A stretch of DNA of 64,000 nt from Octopus vulgaris (Eukaryota). The notes below the pieces were generated by a model. The model was not told where the DNA came from. It saw nothing but the letters and a program-made list of their open reading frames with translations, and searched no databases. Position numbers and translations under genes: made by a program. Positions within the stretch are counted from its first letter, which is position 1; each line of letters starts with the position of its first letter. Location: the NCBI GenBank assembly GCA_951406725.2, contig OX597820.1:38006001-38070000 (forward strand). Direction: 5' to 3'. Shown piece after piece: positions 52,121 through 64,000 of the stretch.

Positions 52121-52329
52121 GATAAATTGATAGATACAACTGAGTGGGCAAACAAAAATATGAGACACTGCATAGTGCTTTTTTATATTTTGATAAGCCT
52201 GGTAATGATTCTATCAGTTTCTTCTTGTGAAACCAGTAAGTTATGGGGATGTAAATAAACGAACACCAGTTGTGAAGCAGTGATGAGGGAGAAACACAAA
52301 CACACACACATAGACTTACTCTTTTACTC

Positions 52330-52572
52330 TTTTACTTGTTTCGGTCATTTGACTGTGGCCATGCTGGAGCACTGCCTTTAGTCGAGCAAATTGACCGCAG
52401 GACTTATTATTTATAAGCCTAGTACTTATTCTATCGGTCTCTTTTGCCGAACCGCTAAGTTACGGGGACGTAACACATCAGCATCGGTTGTCAAGCGATG
52501 TTGGGAAGACAAACACAGACACACAAACATATATACACACATACACACATACATACATACATACATACATAA

Positions 52573-52608
<36 letters not shown>

Positions 52609-53090
52609 TATATCTTTATATATAAAATTGAAGTTGTGTGTGTGAGACTCTGTCTCCTCCGATTTAGATTCCTAACTACTCCCACATTTTGCGGTGCAGT
52701 TTAACCAAAAGCAGGTATCTTGTAGTCGTCATTCATATCAAGCCCTTCTGGGTATTAGCGCGCGTCTACGATGAGTCTACGATTAAAAAAAAAATTACCA
52801 TCATTTTTCCGCATTTTTAATGATTTTTGCTCGTGTTATATAAGGGAGGTAACTCTCTAAAAATGCTTATATATTTATTTCCCTTACAAACCCGAGTAAC
52901 ACCGGGCGATACTGCTAGTATATATATATATATGACGGGCTTCTTTTAGTTTCCGTCTACCAAATTCACTCACACGGCTTTGGTCGGCCCGAAGCTATAG
53001 TAGAAGACACTTGCCCAAGGTGCTACGCAGTGGGACTGAAACCGGAATCATGTGGTTAGTAAGCAAACTACTTACCACACAGCCACCCCT
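52330..53090 (-). mobile_element. SINE family B split by a Helitron-like insertion
   Basis: SINE halves 52330-52612 and 52919-53090. More family B pieces at 52170-52310, 53125-53275 and 49045-49195. Confidence 0.88.
52613..52918 (+). mobile_element. Non-autonomous Helitron-like element
   Basis: A|TCtttatatataaa...cccg agtaacac cggg cgatactgCTAG|T, inserted in (TA)n with no distinct TSD. Confidence 0.8.
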
Positions 53091-53435
53091 ACTTACATAT
53101 ATTCATACATATACATACAATTGATTTCTTTCAGTTTCTGTCTACAAAATCCACTAACAAGGCTTTGGTTGGTCTGAGGCTATAGTAGAAGACACATGCC
53201 AAGTTACCACACAGTGTGACTGAACTGAGGACCATGTGTTTTGGAACCAAGTTTGTTACCACACAGCCACACCTGCATTTATGTATATGTGTGTGTGTGG
53301 GGGGGATCCGTGTGTGTGTATGGGTGTATATATGTATGCATGTATATATATGTATATATATGTGCACATATTACATGTACATCTATATATACATCTAGAC
53401 ATACATGTTTACATATACATGTATACATATACATC

Positions 53436-53728
53436 TATATTAGAAGAAATGAGGTACTCAGAAGATCGGATGGTTTATATTTACAGATATTTATTTTTAT
53501 ATTACATTTTTTATATATATATCATATCACTTAGATCATTAGCGCTTTCTCCCATTCTAGTGGGGTTTTCAAATCAAACTAAGTCCCTGTGTGGGAAACC
53601 CCACTAGAATGGGAGAAATCTCTAATGATCTAAGTGATATGATATATATATATAAAATGTAATATATAAATAAATATCTGTAAATATAAACCATCCGATC
53701 TTCTGAGTACCTCATTTCTTCTAATATA
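53436..53728. repeat. 133-bp inverted repeat cassette
   Basis: 53436-53568 vs 53596-53728 with few mismatches; 27-nt loop; short tail then (TA)n. Confidence 0.95.
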
Positions 53729-53784
53729 TAATACCTGTACATCATCTCCAAACCTTCCAATACATATACATCTATATATATGCT

Positions 53785-53858
<74 letters not shown>

Positions 53859-53864
53859 CAATAG

Positions 53865-54095
53865 AGAGATGCTTTTGTTTCACTTTTAACATGTAATACT
53901 GAAATAATGGAGAAAATGTGATATTGCTGTGGGCTCGCCCTAGGCAAAAAGTTAAACATTTTTTTGCCCATGACACTACATGGACCCTAAGTAAGGCATG
54001 TGTGAAATTTGAATGAAATTGGTAGTGTAGTTCTCAAGTTTTAGGGATTCACACCGACAGACAGACACACATTCTCAGTTATATATATATATAGA
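53865..54095 (-). mobile_element. Helitron-like 5' fragment
   Basis: Minus strand: A|TCtatatatatataactgagaatgtgtgtctgtctgtc; no CTRR end found. Confidence 0.55.
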
Positions 54096-54956
54096 TATAT
54101 ATCCCCACACATACACAAACACGCATCATGTACACATGAGTAATGAAAGAAGTTCGTAAATGTGAGATGGAAACAGAATGAGATAGAATGAATAAGAAAA
54201 AGTGAAAGAGATAATGAAAGAGGGAGAGAGAGAAAGAGAGAGAGGGAGAGAGAGAAAAGAAAGGGAGAGCGAGATAGATAGATAGATAGAGAAATTACAG
54301 ATGTATGATGAAATTATTTTGTTCTCATTGCTCTCAGCATTATACGTACAATATTTACGACACATTTTCTACGTAGTGTGTTATATGGAATTGTGGAAAC
54401 TACTAAATTGAAGACGAAATACGAAGTGATTATTATTGGAAATAAGACTAGTCGTTACAGCGTTGTGAACGAATATATCAAGAATATATTATTAGCGATA
54501 CTCCAATATCTAAGAAGCGTTTTCAAGGACAATACAACACGAATTAATATATATGTCTTTACACCTTACACGCAAATGTTAGTATTGAAAATAATATTTC
54601 ATTGAATTCAAGGAGACAAATGGTAGAAGTGTGAAAATGAAGAATTTTTCCATCCGGATATATTGTTAGTTTTGATGTTTAATCTATACATACATCTATA
54701 AACATACACACAAGAACACACCCACATAAGCGCTCACGCACATTGATCTTATTATGTGTTCATCGATATGAGGTACCCACACGCACATATATTTTTCATT
54801 CAGAGAATGGCGTTGAGAAGACTTGTGTATCTTTCGAATTCCGAAACAATCACTCAAGTCTTGTAAGTGCTATCCTCTCAATAACTCTCCACTAACGTGT
54901 TATTGAATGCTTTGTTTTGAATTGTGGTTCTTGCGATCTTTAACAGGACGCATATA

Positions 54957-55094
54957 TATATACTTTATTTAAAAGCGGCAGAAATATAACAAAAGCTGTT
55001 ACTCGGAGTTTCACGTTCCCGTCCGACGAACGGGAACGTGAAACTCTGAGTAACAGCTTTTGTTATATTTCTGATGCTTTAAATAAAGCATATA
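54957..55094. repeat. ~65-bp fold-back whose loop is a hammerhead core variant
   Basis: Arms 54957-55022 and 55030-55094; reads gt ccgacga acg ggaa cgt gaaa ctc t gag ta ac. Confidence 0.88.
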
Positions 55095-55145
55095 AATCTA
55101 CTGGTATTTGAGTACTCTTTTTTCCATATTTATGTGCTTACTCCG

Positions 55146-55208
<63 letters not shown>

Positions 55209-55232
55209 CTCACATACATATTTAACCATCTC

Positions 55233-55290
55233 ATATGGTCTCTGATGAAGGGATGTCCATAATATCCCAGAAACAGCTATAAGACTATAT
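55233..55290 (+). ncRNA. Type I hammerhead ribozyme between (TA)n tracts
   Basis: atatggtct ctgatga a gggatgt ccata atatccc a gaaa cagcta ta agactatat; 9-bp stem I, 7-bp stem II, stem III G>A mismatch. Confidence 0.85.
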
Positions 55291-55347
55291 CTATGCCTCT
55301 TTCCTTATAAATGCCCTGAGAACTCACAGCCTTGGCTTTGTCATCTC

Positions 55348-55384
<37 letters not shown>

Positions 55385-55388
<4 letters not shown>

Positions 55389-56062
55389 ATGTTCCAAAAG
55401 TCACTGATGGGTTTCAATTTTTCATAACTTCCTTAACTTTACAAATGGATGTGTAAAAATTTGATACAATATAAAGGATATAATGAAAATTAATATGCAC
55501 AAGTCAAATTATGCAATACTGCTACATCATATGTGAAAAATGGGATCGCTTAAATGTCAGCCATTTTCGGCTTTGCACACACTTACACCAAAACACCTTC
55601 AAGAGTTTCAGACCCCACATCTCAGATTTCTCTATTGATGCTCTCCCTCACTTGCACCAGATTCTCCGGTTTGTTGGCGTAAATCCTCTCTTTCAGGTAA
55701 CCCCTTAAGGAAAAAATCGGGGCTTATCAAGTCTGGGGAACGTGAAGGCCGTTCAAAGTAGATCTCACACATGGTTCCAACAAGATGGGGCAACTACTCA
55801 TACCGCAAGAGAAACGATGTAGTTGCTACTGCAGTGCTTTGGGGAGAGAATAATCTCCCGCTATGGCAATGGCAACTGGCCTTCACATTCCCCAGACTTG
55901 ACTAGCCTAGATTTTTTCTTGTAGGGAATCCTGAAAGAGAGGGTTTACGTCAACAAATTGGAGATCCTAGAGCAACTAAAGGAGAACATCAATAGTGAAA
56001 TCAGAGAAGTGGGGTCTGAAACTCTTGAGGGTGTTACGGTGCATGTTTTGGAAAGAGAACCA
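55385..56062. mobile_element. Tc1/mariner-superfamily transposase 3' region present twice in inverted orientation
   Basis: Plus 55770-56060: WFQQDGATTHTARET..ISR..NWPSHSPDL..DFF..LKERVY. Minus 55385-55755 carries the homologous segment up to a TIR-like end aggatgttccaaaagtc. Confidence 0.85.
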
Positions 56063-56064
56063 AC

Positions 56065-56704
56065 TTAGATTCACACATAATTACGATTGGAGTAGTTAGA
56101 CTTCAGCCAAGGCAAAACCTTATACCGCAAGACTTTATAATAAATTTCAGACCCCACTTTTTCCCCAGACTTTTTCCCCTTTCATGCCTTCTGACTATCA
56201 TTGCATGGGTCAATAGGTGTCTCGGGGTCCTCGTGTATGATTCCAACTATATATCAGCGTGTACAGCAGTTCTGATGGTTATTTGATCAACCTTCATGTT
56301 CATGGACAGTTTTCTCATGTTGAATGTTTCAAAATTTCGGTTTTGAGAGATTTAAGAAATGCATTATCCCGTTTTTAATTTATGCCTCCACTTCCTTGCT
56401 TTCTTTTGATGACCCCTATATACGGCATTCAGTTCTTAATGTTGTAGACAGTGCTTACGGAAGTCCCAGCAGTCTCAACAATATGTCTAATTGCAACCAG
56501 CGCACGAAGAAAATCTGCAATGCGTTGTCTCTTGGCTTCTTCTTGGGTGAACATGCTAGACCGTATGACTGAAACTTCTGCTTAACCCAACTCTCTATAC
56601 ATCCACCTTGAAATTAAAAAAAGCAACAATATTTTAGTATTTATGCTAAGGAATATATGAAAAGTAAGACTTCCAATATATACCAAGTTTTGCTTCCCAC
56701 CCTG
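56065..56704 (-). mobile_element. Tc1-like element 5' fragment
   Basis: Minus strand: ta|cagggtgggaagcaaaac terminus, then MFTQEEAKRQRIADFLRAG, an HTH-like start. Confidence 0.6.
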
Positions 56705-58127
56705 TATACATACATACATGCACACATATATATGTGTATATGTTGGTGCTGTACGAGTGTGTGTATACGTACATATGCATACATGCATAATTGGAGGGTA
56801 GCGATAAAATAGTCCAGGAGTTTACCTCGACAAACACTTCCACGGACAGTGGCTATCTCAAACTTTTGAAAGAGGAATATCCCCCACCTCCAGCAGAAAA
56901 CTGTTGATGTTCTAGTTCCATTGTAGAGTGTGAATGATATGTAACTATGTTTATAGATCAATCCTCCAGGTTATTAAACAAAATACTAACAAGAAATTGA
57001 AAAATAATATACATAATGCAAAAGCAGAAGAGAAAACAACGAAACCAAGTAAAATACCACAACCAAAACACAAAGCCCATCAAGCAAACATCAACAGGAA
57101 AATAAGTCATAAACAGAGACAAATCTAGTTTTTAACGTCAGGACAAGAAACACTGGAAAAAGAAAAAAATCTGGGATACAAAACCGTGAATCTTAGTCTG
57201 GTTTTAATTTCAAGTTTCGTTTGAATGTACATCTAAATCAGATACATTCTATTTTTAGTAAGAACAATGATCAGTTTTACTAAGATAAAAGAAAATAAAG
57301 CAACCGAGGAAAAATTTCATAACCCATAAATTGTAGATTCAGTTGCGGTAATATTTGAACTGTAGTCTAATATAGACTATCGCTAAAAGAGAACAGACAG
57401 AAAAAACTTTTGTGCTCTCTGGTTATTTCGATAGTCTAGACGCGTAATGATTTCTTTTTGACTACAAACATGATTAATTTCGCAGACTAATTAACGTAAA
57501 TCTATTATGTGTTGTATGGATGACACGTGAAATGAATGCCGACTTTTATTAAAATTAATACTATTACTCGTTGACTATCAAAACTAAAAATCTATCCATT
57601 TTCACCGTACTATATTGATTTCATTTATTATATCAAGGTAGGGAAGTGAGGTGTTTGTTTGTAGATGTTGATTTTATGAGGAGAAATAAGCAATGTAAAT
57701 TAAATTTACGCAGTGAGTGTAGTTAGAACTGAAGCCACGGTCTAGGTTTGTCAAAAGCTTGTCTTTGCTATATGACTTCTCGTCAATGCATCGGATCTGT
57801 CGACATTCTGCCAATTCTCCGCTAACAATACTGCATTCACTATTCCCATATATATGATAGGGTTTAAAAGCATGCCAGTAATAATGCACTTGGTCCTTTT
57901 GTTAATGTTATTACTGTGTTTATTTGCCCTTTAGGAAGCTGTAGAGATGAGGTAGTTTCAATTCCTAATTGAGCCATAATAATGTATCTTCTGATTGATT
58001 GAGACAATTAATTTTGTCATTTGCAAACTCTATTTCAAATTCTTGAAGCTGTAACGGAGGAATAGACTGCATCTTTGGCATTATGCTGGACTTTAGTTTT
58101 TTTCTTTCTTTATGAAAAAAATTTTTA

Positions 58128-58340
58128 AGGTGGCGAGCTGGCAGAATCGTTAGCACACTGACAAAATGCTTAGTAGTGTTTCGTCCGTCTTTTACGTTCT
58201 GTATTGAAATATCACCTAAGTAGACTTTGCCATTCAACCTTTCTGGGTTGCTAAAATAAGTTCCAGTTAAGCACTTGGATCTATGTACTCGACAAACTCT
58301 CTTCCTCGAAATCACCGGCCTTGTAATAAAATTTGAAACT
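58128..58340 (+). mobile_element. SINE family A
   Basis: ggtggcgagctggcagaatcgttagcac..gactttgcc.ttca.ccttt..ggccttgt..aaaatttgaaac. Confidence 0.85.
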
Positions 58341-59391
58341 ATTATTATGGAACCAATTTGGAATTAAATATTTCTACATTAGGCTCAAGTCCTCGCATTT
58401 TTGAAGTAATTGAGTCGATTCAATAAACCCCGCTATTTGACTGGGTGGCTTTAATTGATACTGGGTAAGTAAAAGAAAATGTCATCCTCGATGGGATTTG
58501 AACTCAGAATACCTAGGGATGTGCCTAAATACTGCAAGTTTTTGTTTTGTTCATGCCCCATGCTATCTACTGGAATTAATGAAAGTAGTATCTTTATAGC
58601 GAGTGAGGTATCGATTTTTAATTTAACAGATCATCGATTCAATTGCACCATCATCATCTTTGATCTTAATTTTCCCTTTATCGGTGAAAGTTGAGTCTTA
58701 TAAGGAGGCAAATATTCCCCTTTTCAACCACCACCTGAATCTAGGAAAAACATTGTTAAATCGACCGCACTCATTAGTTTGCTGTATCATTTGAAAGAGC
58801 GATAATATAGCAGATATTTTGCTTGTTAATTAAAGCCCCTTCAGAGAGTGCAAAAGTTTGTAGTCGTAGAACGTATGGAATCTTTCTTGTCGGAAGATAA
58901 GGAGTTCGTATTACGCCTATAGTACTACGGTAATTTTTGTACTCTGTACGAAAGACTCTGAATTACTAAAATGTATTTCACTTCGCAAAAAAATCTCAAA
59001 AAACACAAATAGGAAAACTAGCTAACAAAGGAATCTCTACATGATCGCTCGACCAACTAAATATAACGGAGAAATTACTCTCAATTCGCATATATTTACG
59101 TCTCTTAAAAAAATGATAAATAAAGCGACAAAAACATTAAGAGGAGTAGATCAAAATACACATTGGCATTGTCATAAAGAGAATAATCAAATACGGAAAT
59201 TACAATGGAAAGAAATTCACATAAAATTGAATTATGTAAAAAAAACAAACGACTTAGTGTTGAAACACTGAAGATCTAGAACAGTTGCTGTCATATTTTA
59301 ATGATCAAATTTGTACCTCACTTCCTGATAGTCTCGGGGAAATGGAAGGATACCATATAAGTTTGTTCGTACTTATATACATATCTTCTAT

Positions 59392-59778
59392 ATTTTACTT
59401 GTTTCAGTCATTAGACTGCGGTCATGCTAGGGTATCGCCTTGACGAATATCTAGTCGAATATATAGACCCCAGTACTTTTGTTTTAAAAGTCTGTACTTG
59501 TTCTATCGGTCTCTCTTACCAAACCGCTAGATTACGGGGACGTAAACACATTAGCGCCGGTTGTCAAGCGGTGGTAGACACACACACATATATATACATA
59601 TATACAACGAACTTCTTTCAGTTTCCGTCTACAAAGCTTTGGTCAACCCAAAGCTTTCCACTCACAAAGTTTTGGTCAGCCCTAGGCTATCGTAGGAGGC
59701 ACTTGACCAAGGTGCTACGCACTGGGATTCACCTAGAAACATGTGGCTGGGAAGCAAGCATCTTGCCACACTTGTGCC
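59392..59778 (-). mobile_element. SINE family B
   Basis: Colinear with the 47025 copy. Confidence 0.85.
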
Positions 59779-59782
59779 TCAG

Positions 59783-59832
<50 letters not shown>

Positions 59833-60597
59833 TGTATGTATAATTCTTGCTTGGAACAGTGTCTTTCGAAGCACGCATACAATAATTCTTTTGGATAGTA
59901 GAAGTCCACTTTTTCTACCTAAAACGGTATTTTCAATCAAGTATTTGCAAACTATTATATATAGTTTTTCGTGTGCTTCGAGATTCCCAGCCCTGAAAAA
60001 GAATTATTTCGCGTCCTTCGAGGTCCCATGGCCTGAGAAAGAATTATTTCTTTTATCAAATTCTTTTGACGTCGAAAATATACATGTACGTATATACGGC
60101 TGGGTGATTTTTATGTATGGAATAACACATTGAGAACGATGTAGGAGAAAGTAAAAAACTCAGAGGAAAAATATACAATGAACGTGGAATCAGTTTAGCG
60201 CTGGAAGACAAGTATTTGAAAAGTGGATGGGGTATATTTAAAGTGAAGAGTGTCTTGACGATCAGAACTTTAAACGTTTTTCAGAAAAGAAAAGAGACGC
60301 ACAGGGAAAAAGAAAGTGCGGGTGTGAAATAGAAGTTGAAATATATATATATATATATAATTTAAAAATAGGATAAAATCTTCATAAGAATTTATCAAGC
60401 AGTTAGCGTGAAAAACTGCACCGATTACGAAATCACAGTGTGATATGCGGCTAAATTCTGTTTTTAAATGACCTGCTTCGAGAATTGGTTTTGATACCAT
60501 GTGTTTATTTATTTTAGTAGTTTTGATTTTAAGAGTCCCTCCTAGCGTGTGGCATCTATGTGTGATAGTGCCCTCTATATAATATATAATATATATA

Positions 60598-60647
<50 letters not shown>

Positions 60648-61794
60648 AAGTATGCTGGTGGAATCATAAAGAGATGGTGTAGGCGTGTGTATTGGTCGGG
60701 TTTAGGTATGTATATAAAAGTGCGTATGTAAGTTATGTTAAGTTGGTTAGAGAGTTTTGGGAATGATGTCGGTGACGGTAAATTTTACGTTAAGTAGTTT
60801 ATGTGGCTCTGTGGGCACCCGAACGCATGCGTGGTGTATGACTAATTGTGTCATGATGGTGGTGTTACGTTGGTAGAGATGCAAGCAACTGTGCAATATA
60901 AATGGCGTTATTTGTGTGTGCATGTGCCTAACTCAAAAGCGTGTTATATGTATGTGTATACGTATGCTTGTGAGTGTGTGTATGTTATGTAAAGAGGCAT
61001 ATGCTTGTAATGCTGAATAGTATGCGCGCTTTTGTATGTGTGTGTGAATGGGGTGTGCGTGAGTATGTGTACTCAGTGTGAATGGATATGATTAATGTTG
61101 TAGATAATAAATAATGTAACACAATAAATCACGAACTCGCACAAAGGACGCATACATATACACACACAAATATATACTTACATTCTTATGTATGTGTATG
61201 TGCGTGTGTGTGTGTGTGTATTAATATGTTGCATTACTGTGTGTTCATGCCTGCTTGTATGTTTGTGTATGCATGCATATTGTGACAGCGCCACCATGAA
61301 TGTGTCTCCTTAAGTAAAATAAAACTATCTTTGGTGATCAAGTCGGGACATTAGCGGTGATTATCGTCTCGAATTATGGGGTAAAAAGAGGGAATGAGAA
61401 TCGGTACATGGTGTAAGTAGTTGGTGTATGTGCGCATGTATACCCTGCCATATGTGTGTGTCTTTGCTTGTATTAGTGTATCAATTTATTACTGTGCATG
61501 TGTGCTCATCAGATTCGTAGAAATGACTCGTATGTGTATAACGCTTACCTCTAACTGGATGTTTATGCATTCTTAACTCTAATGCATGATAAATTACAAG
61601 TGTTTGTGTGTGTGTGTCCTTTGGCGTACGATATTTTTTTAGTAGGCGTAGGTACGTTTATGTTAGTGTGTTAGTGCATGCGTGTATCGTGTTGATATAA
61701 TATGTGCAATTTTATTGTGTTAATGCATATATGTGAGCATTTTTATGTGTGTGTATGCATGTGTGTAATGCCCCACATGTTTTTCCCATTCATC

Positions 61795-62580
61795 TCGATC
61801 TTCCATAATGTTCCTCACCTCCTGTACCACTTCCATACCAGTATCTTCTAGCATATCGTCGATCTAGGTCGTCTTCCTCCTTCCTCTCCTGGTTCTTCCT
61901 TCCGTTGGTTGCCAGAGCACTAGCTTGTTAGCAATTTTATCGCTATGTCTGATGTAGTGTCCAGCTAGCCTCACCCTTCTACGCTGTATCTTTAATGTTA
62001 CTTTTGGTAGACCCTGGTATAAGTCGGCGTTTGTTGTATGACTCTTCCAGGAGACATTGAGTGACGTTCTAAGCATTCTCATATAACAACCGTCCAACTG
62101 CTTCTTCAATGCTTTAGTGAGGCTCCATATTCCAGCTCCGTACAGAACTACAGACTCCACCGTTGCCAGAAGCAACCTTACTTTCAATTCCGTTGCTAAC
62201 TTTGAGCTCCATACATTTCTCAATTTATGGCATGCCCTCCAGGCTAGAGCTTTCCTTGCTATAATATATTTCTCAGAACCTTGTGTCCACGCACTAAGTT
62301 ATTTGAAATTTTCAACTACCTCGAGCGACTTATCGTCTCTCACTTTCACTGACACGGGCATTTCGTGGTTGAATACTTGCAGCTCTGTTTTCTTTGCGTT
62401 ACAGTACGATTCTACCTTCCACGATTCCTGCTCTAATCTGCTCAGCACCTCCTGTGTCTGATCTGTCCTCTCTGTAAGTAATACCAGGTCATAAGCATTT
62501 TCTAGGTCAGTTTCTGTTACTGCTTGACGCCGTCTACTTCTTTGCTTATGCAGTTTGAATCCCAGTTCTTCTTCCTCATT
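61795..62580 (-). mobile_element. RTE/RTEX-group LINE 3' fragment (RT C-terminus)
   Basis: DLENAYDLVLL (decayed FADD region), NAKKTE, FK.L, ALAWRAC.KL, KVRL..ATVESVVLYGA..W.LTK, LDGCY.RMLR, RLAGH. Confidence 0.88.
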
Positions 62581-63290
62581 TAAGTAAGTGGATAGCGTAT
62601 GTGCATATGTTTATAACTATATGTAGTTTTTGAGTGTATGATATCACAGTCTCACATTATCGACAAGACCATTAGACGCTGTTACAAACTGGTTGTCACA
62701 TTTCGCATCCAATTCTATCTTGATTATACCATTTTCTCCGTTTTGACCAGAATTGGTTGACTAAATTGGTTTCGCATCGTCGAGGAGGCCTTCTAAGTGG
62801 TCTTTTCCAGTTTCCAAGTGTATATATAGCGTTAATGTGCGTGCAGCTGTAGTTATGTGGACATGCATGTTATATAGTGTAAATATCTATGTGAGTGTGT
62901 GTGGATAGGTATATGGTGGTTGGAGGTTGTGATGGCATTTTCATCTATCTGTGTGTGATACAAAGTTTTACAAACGTGCATTTGTTCGCGTTTCTGCTCC
63001 TTTTCTCATAACTTGCTAGGATTCACAAGAAAGAAATGTAAATCTCTTACAATGAACCCATCTTCAATATTCTTGAAATTCTCCGGGTTAGTCTGTTCAA
63101 TTTTCCTGTAAAAAGTGTTTACATTTAATAAGAATTACTGTGAGATTCATAAAATAAGTGAAAAAAGGAACACACCATTTGTGAAGTATTAATTATACCA
63201 CATCGTCGCGATAAGAGGCAGTAGACAACGTGTGGTACTTGCATTTGCATGAATTTACGGAGAACGTAAAGGATGGACAAAATAACGTAC

Positions 63291-63405
63291 GTTTTGTAGC
63301 CAAAACAATGTTTGTTACAGGTAATAGGCCCTGAAGATTAGCTAAGCAGATTTTATGTGTCAAAAGTTACTTAACAAACATTGTTTTAGCTATGAAACAT
63401 TCGTA
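63291..63405 (+). repeat. 27-bp inverted repeat overlapping a degenerate hammerhead-like motif
   Basis: 63291-63317 vs 63372-63398 (3 mismatches); ctgaaga t tagctaa...ttagcta t gaaa cattcg ta; stem I not evident. Confidence 0.55.
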
Positions 63406-63453
63406 CTCAGTACTTTTCCTTTCTTACATTCTCGTATATATATATAATGTGTG

Positions 63454-63531
<78 letters not shown>

Positions 63532-63753
63532 TATATGTATATATATATAATGTTTATGATATATATGTATATATATATATATAATATATCTATATATATT
63601 ATATACGTATATATATGTATATATATAGAGAATATATAAGTATATATATATAATATATATATGTATATATATATATAAAATATATATGTATATATAGTAT
63701 ATATATAATATTTATATAAATATATTTATACATATAATATAAATGTATGTATC

Positions 63754-63784
<31 letters not shown>

Positions 63785-64000
63785 CCATATCCATACACAT
63801 ATATATATGCATTTGTGTCTATATATCTATATGTATGTGTGTGTGTGTGTATGTAGATATATGTATACACACATACATATATAATACATATGCACGTACA
63901 CACACGCACTCACACTTGTACGCGCGCGCACACACACTTGTACGCGCGCGCACATACGCGCGTAACGTTACTGAGGCAAGCTGCTATGTTAAGAAATCAA

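Noticed and set aside
57674-57940. Minus-strand exon-like segment
   Set aside because: No frame is open across the putative splice sites and no domain was recognised.
62690-62815. Two minus-strand gatgcgaaa...caacc motifs
   Set aside because: Only the 3' half of a hammerhead is visible, with no CUGAnGA.

Overview
AT-rich, repeat-saturated animal genomic DNA, probably intergenic or intronic. The SINE families and microsatellite load suggest an octopus or other coleoid cephalopod (inference). No host exon could be supported, and most listed ORFs are microsatellite translation artefacts. The window holds a decayed Gypsy LTR element, a young 5'-truncated CR1-type LINE, RTE-type and R4/Dong-type LINE fragments, two clear Penelope-like (GIY-YIG) remnants, Tc1/mariner fragments, a long-TIR hAT-related DNA transposon, Helitron-like non-autonomous elements and three tRNA-headed SINE families. 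The main unannotated signal is about a dozen type I hammerhead-ribozyme (HHR) folds from unrelated families. Most lie next to (TA)n tracts, and several sit inside near-perfect 65-133 bp fold-back cassettes whose inversion point is at the ribozyme core. This fits Penelope pseudo-LTR or retrozyme biology. All alignments and folds were done by eye.
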